Shown here in pieces: positions 14,265 through 14,282 of a DNA stretch of 14,282 nt. A program made the position numbers and the translations under genes. Within the stretch, counting starts at the first letter, position 1. Each line of letters opens with the position of its first letter. Below the pieces are notes generated by a model. The model was given only the letters and a program-made list of their open reading frames with translations. It was not told the origin of the DNA and did no database searches. The stretch spans positions 1-14,282 of the forward strand of contig JBDRFE010000020.1 of assembly GCA_043819075.1 (NCBI GenBank), read 5' to 3'. Source of the stretch: an archaeon. Its GTDB lineage: Archaea > Iainarchaeota > Iainarchaeia > Iainarchaeales > 1-14-0-10-31-34.

Positions 14265-14282
14265 TCCCGCCTCCCGGATTTG
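14265..14282 (-). tRNA. 3' end of a tRNA (probably tRNA-Tyr) truncated by the window edge, or a perfect att copy of it
   Basis: Minus strand reads CAAAT-CCGGG-AGGCGGG-A, i.e. end of the T loop, 3' T stem, 3' acceptor strand and discriminator A. G72/A73 (implying C1:G72) is the archaeal Tyr identity. No encoded CCA. The anticodon is not visible. Confidence 0.62.

Noticed and set aside
10118..14282. CRISPR array or classical integron attC array
   Set aside because: The repeats are 0.6-2.2 kb apart, are not palindromic, lack the RYYYAAC...GTTRRRY attC ends, and match a tRNA 3' end instead.

Overview
AT-rich archaeal window. Evidence: TTTAAA TATA boxes about 25 nt upstream of many start codons, a box C/D guide RNA and an archaeal tRNA-Tyr-type 3' end. 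The gene set suggests a DPANN-type lineage (inference). The left 9.8 kb is mostly housekeeping: an ABC-F ATPase with atypical Arg codon usage, an unannotated C/D box sRNA, a membrane/secreted gene pair, dcd, an FNR-family oxidoreductase, a PspC protein, divergent tdh/kbl, a CxxC-x17-CxxC protein, a PPC/DUF296 protein, a DEAD-box helicase and a lipoprotein. Two highly structured intergenic elements there share a covarying hairpin. The right 4.2 kb is the most striking part. The window ends in an 18-nt sequence that reads as a tRNA 3' end on the minus strand, and degenerate copies recur at 12055 (plus a partial copy at 12088), 11392, 10703 and 10118. Each interval holds exactly one co-oriented module: a radical SAM/SPASM-lipoprotein fusion, RHH-MazF, antitoxin-RelE, and Doc plus a 42-aa ORF missing from the ORF track. 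This looks like a tRNA-anchored, integron-like cassette array with no integrase in the window.
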